Origin: Promethearchaeum syntrophicum
GTDB lineage: Archaea; Asgardarchaeota; Lokiarchaeia; Sigyniarchaeales; Promethearchaeaceae
Direction: 5' to 3'
DNA length: 32,000 nt
NCBI RefSeq assembly: GCF_008000775.2
Contig: NZ_CP042905.2
Span: 2,370,001 to 2,402,000, forward strand
Positions within the stretch are counted from its first letter, which is position 1. Each line of letters opens with the position of its first letter. The notes under the pieces are model-generated. The model was not told the DNA's origin. It saw nothing but the letters and a program-made list of their open reading frames with translations, and searched no databases. Shown piece by piece: positions 30,250 to 32,000 of the stretch. The position numbers were made by a program, and so were the translations under genes.

Positions 30250-32000
30250 TTAAGAAGATTGATCTCTTTTTCTTCTTTGCGAAACATAAAAGCGCGCTGC
30301 TTTATTTATATCATCATCATTTAAGCTTTTCTTGTTTAATCTGATTCTTAGTTGCTCAACAAATTTTCGACATAAAGTAATCGAAAGAGATTCGCCTAAA
30401 TTCCTGATTTCTTCCCCGAGTTTTTCCGCTTCAATTGAAATTGGAGTAATTTCCACTTTAGGTTGCAAAATGAAATCTCCTAACGGATTTTTCTCCACTT
30501 TACTTGAAACTGGCTTAATTTTTCTGATTTCCGCTTTGGTTTGAGCGCGTACACCTTTACTAATTAAGGGAGACCGTTCTAGCGTAAGTTTTTTCTCTCT
30601 TGTTTGACCAGATTTGTAATTTGATAAAGAACTTTCTAAAAATTTCTCTTTCATTTCAATCCGAGAAGAATCAGAGGTTCCATTCAATCTATCTATGTTA
30701 ATTGGTGCGATTTTATGTGTTTTTATTTCAAAATCTTTAATTGGCGCCCCAGGAGGCATTTCTTTAATTGAATTATCTTTCTTGGTTATCAAATCACTAA
30801 AAAATGGATTTTTTTGATCCAATTTAGAAAATGTGGGGTCATTTTTTCTTTTAATCGAATCAAGGTTAGAAACGGGCAATTTTTTAATCTTTGGGACCCC
30901 AATTTTATCTCCAGGTAATTGATTTACCCCTCTAAAATCTTTAAATTGGACTTTTTCAGGAGCTTTAAACATATCCTTTTCCAATTTTTTCTTATCTAAT
31001 TGTAATTGCAATTTTTCTTCTAATTCTTTAATTTTATTTTGAAATACTTCTAAATATGCAAATTCTTGATAAATTTCACAAATTCCTATCAATTCTCTTA
31101 GAAGTTCTATCCCTTCTGTATATTTTTCTTCTGCTACAAAATTATTCGCTTCTATAAGTTTTTTTCTAAATTCTTGGGGAAGGGATTCCTTTAAACCAAG
31201 TATTTTGGTAAAAATCATTGATAAATTTCCTAAAACATTTTGATCAATAAGATTTATATCAAAAATTTCTACATCCTTTAAATAAACATGCCTTTCCTTT
31301 AAAGCAGAAGAAGATACGAAATTTTGATTATCAGCATGGGTTAGTATAATCGCCCAATTACTATATTTTCCTTCTCTTCGCTTTAAATTGATGAAAAATT
31401 TGATTTTTTCATCATTAAAATTTGAACCATCAATAATAAAAAATATTACATCAGATCCTCTCGTAAAATTATTCCAAAGAGGGGAAAAATCATCTCTTGC
31501 TATGAAATCCCAGAGATCAAAGAAAATATTGCCCATCTTAATCTTGTAATAAAAAGCAAAATCCATAATTTTATGACCATGAGATTTATCTTCTTGATTC
31601 AATATATTTACAATCGTAGATTTACCAGATCCTACTGGTCCAATCATGGTTATTTTAGGATGTAGGTAATAATGAGTTTCTTTTATGAAAATCGTGAATT
31701 CCTCTTTTTCTGGGGAAATTTCTTTAATTTTCTTTGGGTCTGGGAAATTTTTAAGAAATAATTTTGAAGCTCTCTCCACTTCTTTGGCAATTAATTTAGG
31801 TCTATCAGCCATATCTGTTACAAATAAAAAGAAAACGCCATTAGCGTAAACGAAATGCGTTTGGAAATCAAGTAAAGATTTGTTAAGAATTTTTCCTTCA
31901 ACTGGATTCGTAATATAGGATAGAAGTCTCTTTTTTAGTACTATTTCCAAAGCTTCCTTATCAAAAGCTTTAGCGAAGAAATATTGGAATACAATTTCAT
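30250..32000 (-). CDS. Multidomain longin-like + Arf-like small GTPase protein with coiled-coil/TPR-like and basic C-terminal regions; N-terminus lies beyond the window
   Basis: The ORF-track start (TTG at 31950) is probably not the true start. The frame stays open to base 32000 (...EIVFQYFFAKAFDKEALEIVLKK...). The P-loop is GPVGSGKST (nt 31618-31641). The interswitch/switch II block FDLWDFIARDDFSPLWNNFTRGSDVIFFIIDGSN aligns to Arf. The G4-position motif is LTHAD. Confidence 0.8.
   Translation of the reverse strand, partial: EIVFQYFFAKAFDKEALEIVLKKRLLSYITNPVEGKILNKSLLDFQTHFVYANGVFFLFVTDMADRPKLIAKEVERASKLFLKNFPDPKKIKEISPEKEEFTIFIKETHYYLHPKITMIGPVGSGKSTIVNILNQEDKSHGHKIMDFAFYYKIKMGNIFFDLWDFIARDDFSPLWNNFTRGSDVIFFIIDGSNFNDEKIKFFINLKRREGKYSNWAIILTHADNQNFVSSSALKERHVYLKDVEIFDINLIDQNVLGNLSMIFTKILGLKESLPQEFRKKLIEANNFVAEEKYTEGIELLRELIGICEIYQEFAYLEVFQNKIKELEEKLQLQLDKKKLEKDMFKAPEKVQFKDFRGVNQLPGDKIGVPKIKKLPVSNLDSIKRKNDPTFSKLDQKNPFFSDLITKKDNSIKEMPPGAPIKDFEIKTHKIAPINIDRLNGTSDSSRIEMKEKFLESSLSNYKSGQTREKKLTLERSPLISKGVRAQTKAEIRKIKPVSSKVEKNPLGDFILQPKVEITPISIEAEKLGEEIRNLGESLSITLCRKFVEQLRIRLNKKSLNDDDINKAARFYVSQRRKRDQSS

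Noticed and set aside
30332-30544. 70-aa plus-strand ORF
   Set aside because: It is antisense within the GTPase gene.
1-32000. CRISPR arrays, rRNA/tRNA genes, IS elements, integrases, prophage or known defence-system cores
   Set aside because: Reading both strands, I found no regularly spaced direct repeats. I found no GC-rich structured RNA-sized islands, no transposase or recombinase motifs and no terminal inverted repeats. The only duplicated DNA is the TetR relic and the internal FN3 repeat.

Overview
This is an AT-rich (roughly 30% G+C by eye), gene-dense 32-kb chromosomal segment. I count about 27 credible protein-coding genes on both strands. I cannot recognise any rRNA, tRNA, CRISPR array, transposase, integrase or phage module. 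The host is probably an archaeon, most plausibly an Asgard (Loki-type) lineage. The supports are a longin-like + Arf-like GTPase fusion, an OB-fold + DHH/DHHA1 RecJ/HAN-type nuclease, TATA-like boxes centred about 26 nt upstream of several ATGs (leaderless geometry), oligo-T tracts right after stop codons, and a surface protein saturated with N-x-S/T sequons. That attribution is inference, not a database result. Recognisable products are: GNAT acetyltransferase, membrane-anchored M23 peptidase, secreted HExxH...NEG metalloprotease with Ig-like and PPC-like C-terminal domains, DUF457/YdjM-like membrane hydrolase, a 956-aa beta-helix/FN3 surface protein, a glycyl-radical enzyme (GRE) with its radical-SAM activase, a TetR regulator, a membrane-anchored beta-propeller, a RecJ-like nuclease, kynureninase, a polytopic membrane protein fused to an EEP phosphoesterase domain, a U32-family protein, a DEAD-box helicase, and the multidomain GTPase, which runs off the window end. 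Best candidates for something new: (1) The orphan GRE-activase operon has a third gene encoding a tandem split-barrel (PNPOx-like) protein. It sits under a TetR gene, with a perfect 20-bp palindrome in the control region and a decayed TetR paralogue 1.8 kb away. (2) The longin + Arf-like GTPase has degenerate G3/G4 motifs. (3) A membrane-tethered protein carries 16 Cys in its first 41 residues, next to a DUF2085-like protein. (4) A 7-TM gene appears broken by a +1 shift at a G5 run, and its start-less downstream frame ends exactly at a T11 terminator. (5) The giant glycoprotein-like surface protein is translationally coupled (ATGA) to a small membrane protein. All family calls come from motifs read by eye and remembered signatures; no searches were run.
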